From Pristiophorus japonicus (taxonomy: Eukaryota), in contig NC_092002.1 in the NCBI RefSeq assembly GCF_044704955.1, positions 5,952,001 to 6,016,000 of the forward strand: 64,000 nt of DNA. The letters run 5' to 3'. How positions within the stretch are numbered: position 1 is the stretch's first letter; every line of letters starts with the position of its first letter. The notes beneath the pieces were generated by a model. The model made no database searches and was not told where the DNA came from. It saw only the letters and a program-made list of their open reading frames with translations. A program made the position numbers and the translations under genes. Below, piece after piece: positions 61,581 to 64,000 of the stretch.

Positions 61581-64000
61581 ATTGTTACAGTGTTCGTGAC
61601 TCCGGGAATTATAGACACACACACACAATGTCGGATTAACCTTGAAGACTTTTATTTGTAGAACCAAAGTTAAATCTCCCACAGAGGCAATGATTATACT
61701 CAACTCAGCGTATACAAGGTAAATACCTAAAGGTCCCCTTTTTATGCCCTTTTAGCCTTCAAAGAAGGGTTCTGAGCGGGATGGGGTGTGCGGGATCCTT
61801 GCAGAATTATTGGGCTACTCAAACGGAGAGTGGGTCGACCAAGAGCACTATCTTGGCCCAGGGGCAGCACGGGCCCAGCCCACACTGCGATCTATGGATC
61901 GTAGGAGCATGTGCGCGCACTAGGTCCGTGCAGCAGAGCAGGTCTCCAGTCGTCCTGGTTAACCCTCGCCACTGGACCAAGACCTCACTCTGTCAAGCCC
62001 CGTGTGGTGGCTGGTGTGCAACGGCCACCCCACGTTAAAAAAATCCACTCACTTGCATCTTCTACCCTTCAGGATGGAGTTCGGAATCCGGAATATTAGC
62101 TCCTTCATTGATACACCTGTGAACTCGTCCCTTTTTGGAGCAAGTTATTGTTTAAATGGAGAAAGATTGAAAAGTGCTGCAGTACAGCGGGACCTGGGGG
62201 GTACTTGTGCATGAAACACAAAAGGATAGTATGCAGGTACAGCAAGTGATCAGGAAGGCCAATGGAATCTTGGCCTTTATTGCAAAGGGGATGGAGTATA
62301 AAAGCAGGGAAGTCTTGCTACAGCTATACAGGGTATTGGTGAGGCCACACCTGGAATACTGTGTGCAGTTTTGGTTTCCATATTTACGAAAGGATATACT
62401 TGGCTTTGGAGGCAGTTCAGAGAAGGTTCACTCGGTTGATTCCGGAGATGAGGGGGTTGACTTATGAGGAAAGGTTGAGTAGGTTGGGCCTCTATTCATT
62501 GGAATTCAGAAGAATGAGAGGTGATCTTATCGAAATGTATAAGATTATGAGGGGGCTCGACAAGGTGGATGCAGAGAGGATGTTTCCATTGATGGGGGAG
62601 ACTAGAACTAGGGACCGCCCATTTAAACTGAAATGAGGAGAAATTTCTTCTCTCAGGGTTGTAAATCTGTGGAATTTGCTGCCTCAAAGAGCTGTGGAAG
62701 CCGGGTCATTGAATAAACAGAAATAGACAGTTTCTTAAACGATAAGGGGTTATGGGGAGCGGGCAGGGAAGTGGACCTGAGTCCATGATCGGATCAGTCA
62801 TGATCGTATTAAATGGCGGAACAGGCTCGAGGGGCCATATATCCTACTCCTGCTCCTATTTCTTACGTTCTTATCCTTGATACGAGGGACCGCCTAATAC
62901 TATACCCAGACCCAAGTGCTGGTCAGGCTTACCTTGTCTCGGGTATTCTCACCTTAGGGACCAAGATAAAGGCTTCTTTTGTCTGCAGTGAGTGTTAACT
63001 CCTCCAACCCTCATATTTAAGCCTGAATTCGAGTGGCCCCTCGGGCAGAAGAATGCTTGTTTCTTTTACTGAACTCTCAAGCACGTTCTCAGCCTTCCAC
63101 GGCAATTGTCAGGGGTGTTGCACTCTTATCTCGTTTAGGTTTTACAACTTTGTTTTTACAGGGTTCACTTTTTGCTTTTCTAAACACTTTTTGCTCATTA
63201 TAGCAGCCATCTTACAGTTTCCCAATTTTATAATGACAGCAGCCATTTTGTCGCGTGTATCCTGAGTTGGAACAAGTATAGAATAGGAAAACTGCCATTT
63301 AATGTTGTCTGAAGCGTTTGCTTCTGTGATGTTCGTCATTCATCTGAAATTGCTCCCACTGCCAGTGACCGATTGCCAGCGCTTCACCCAGGTGTTGTGC
63401 AGCTCAAAGTACTCTCCAAACACAACACGGGTTTGGGGAATTATACTGCGCCCTGATTTTTTTTCCTAGTTTAAGTGGGTCGTCATCACAGGCAGTCCCT
63501 CAGAATCGAGGAAGACTTGCTTCCACTCTTAGCGCGAGTTCTCAGGTGGCTGAACGGACCAATAGGAGAACCACAGTCCCTGTCACAGGTGGGACAGACA
63601 GTGGTTGAGGGACAGGGGAGGGTGGGACTGGTTTGCCGCACGCTCCTTCCGCTGCCTGCGCTTGGTTTCTGCATGCACAAGTCTCGCACGCCCATTCCTT
63701 TCTTGAAATCCGAGTGACAACACTGCAAGGTCTGAGCAAAAACCTCTTCTCGGGGACCTCAGCACAGCTCGTTGCACCGCAAACTAAGGGAGCACCTCAA
63801 TCTGGAGAAAGAATTGGGCGTGAGACTAACTGGGTTAAGCTCTTTCAAAGAGCACAGGCACGATGGCCTGTATGATTCTGTGTGCCTTGTGCTAAGTTCC
63901 AGGTTTGTATAGATAGCTGGTTGGTACTGATTCATTTGACAGCTCCGTATGCAACAACAACTTATATTTAAATAGAGTATGAGAGGAAGCTTGCCGGGAA

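Noticed and set aside
62965-63500. Further CCDC61 exons at acceptor-like sites (~62989, ~63470)
   Set aside because: The first hits a stop within three codons in the required phase and the second runs into an RTE tail. Neither resembles the CCDC61 C-terminus.

Overview
Repeat-dense, GC-rich vertebrate genomic DNA. The mix of CR1, L2, RTE, Tx1 and Deu-domain SINE repeats points to a cartilaginous fish (inference). Three spliced genes can be reconstructed by hand; the ORF track mostly misses them. (1) Exon 1 of an IkappaB-alpha-like NF-kB inhibitor (- strand, 4356-4100, DSGIDS degron); the rest of the gene lies left of the window. (2) A complete two-exon delta connexin of the Cx35/Cx36 group (+, 18574-18644 joined to 30596-31436, 303 aa), most like the gjd1/Cx34-type paralog. 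(3) Ten coding exons of CCDC61 (+, 44366-61189) behind a CpG-island promoter with RFX X-boxes; the 3' end was not found in the window. The rest is transposons: a decayed full-length Gypsy element, several solo LTRs, a Tx1-like LINE, many CR1/L2/RTE fragments, GC-rich MITE-like elements and about 19 copies of a tRNA-derived SINE. The SINE has an internal 33-bp unit that has expanded locus by locus to 1-31 copies. The most notable structures are a four-level nest (connexin intron > SINE array > Tx1 LINE > solo LTR), minisatellites arising inside three different retroposon families, kB/AP-1/IRF motif clusters around the IkB gene, and a SINE tail that forms a CCDC61 splice acceptor. I found no prokaryote-type system and no novel protein-coding system. 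Family names come from motif recognition, not database searches, and repeat boundaries are approximate.
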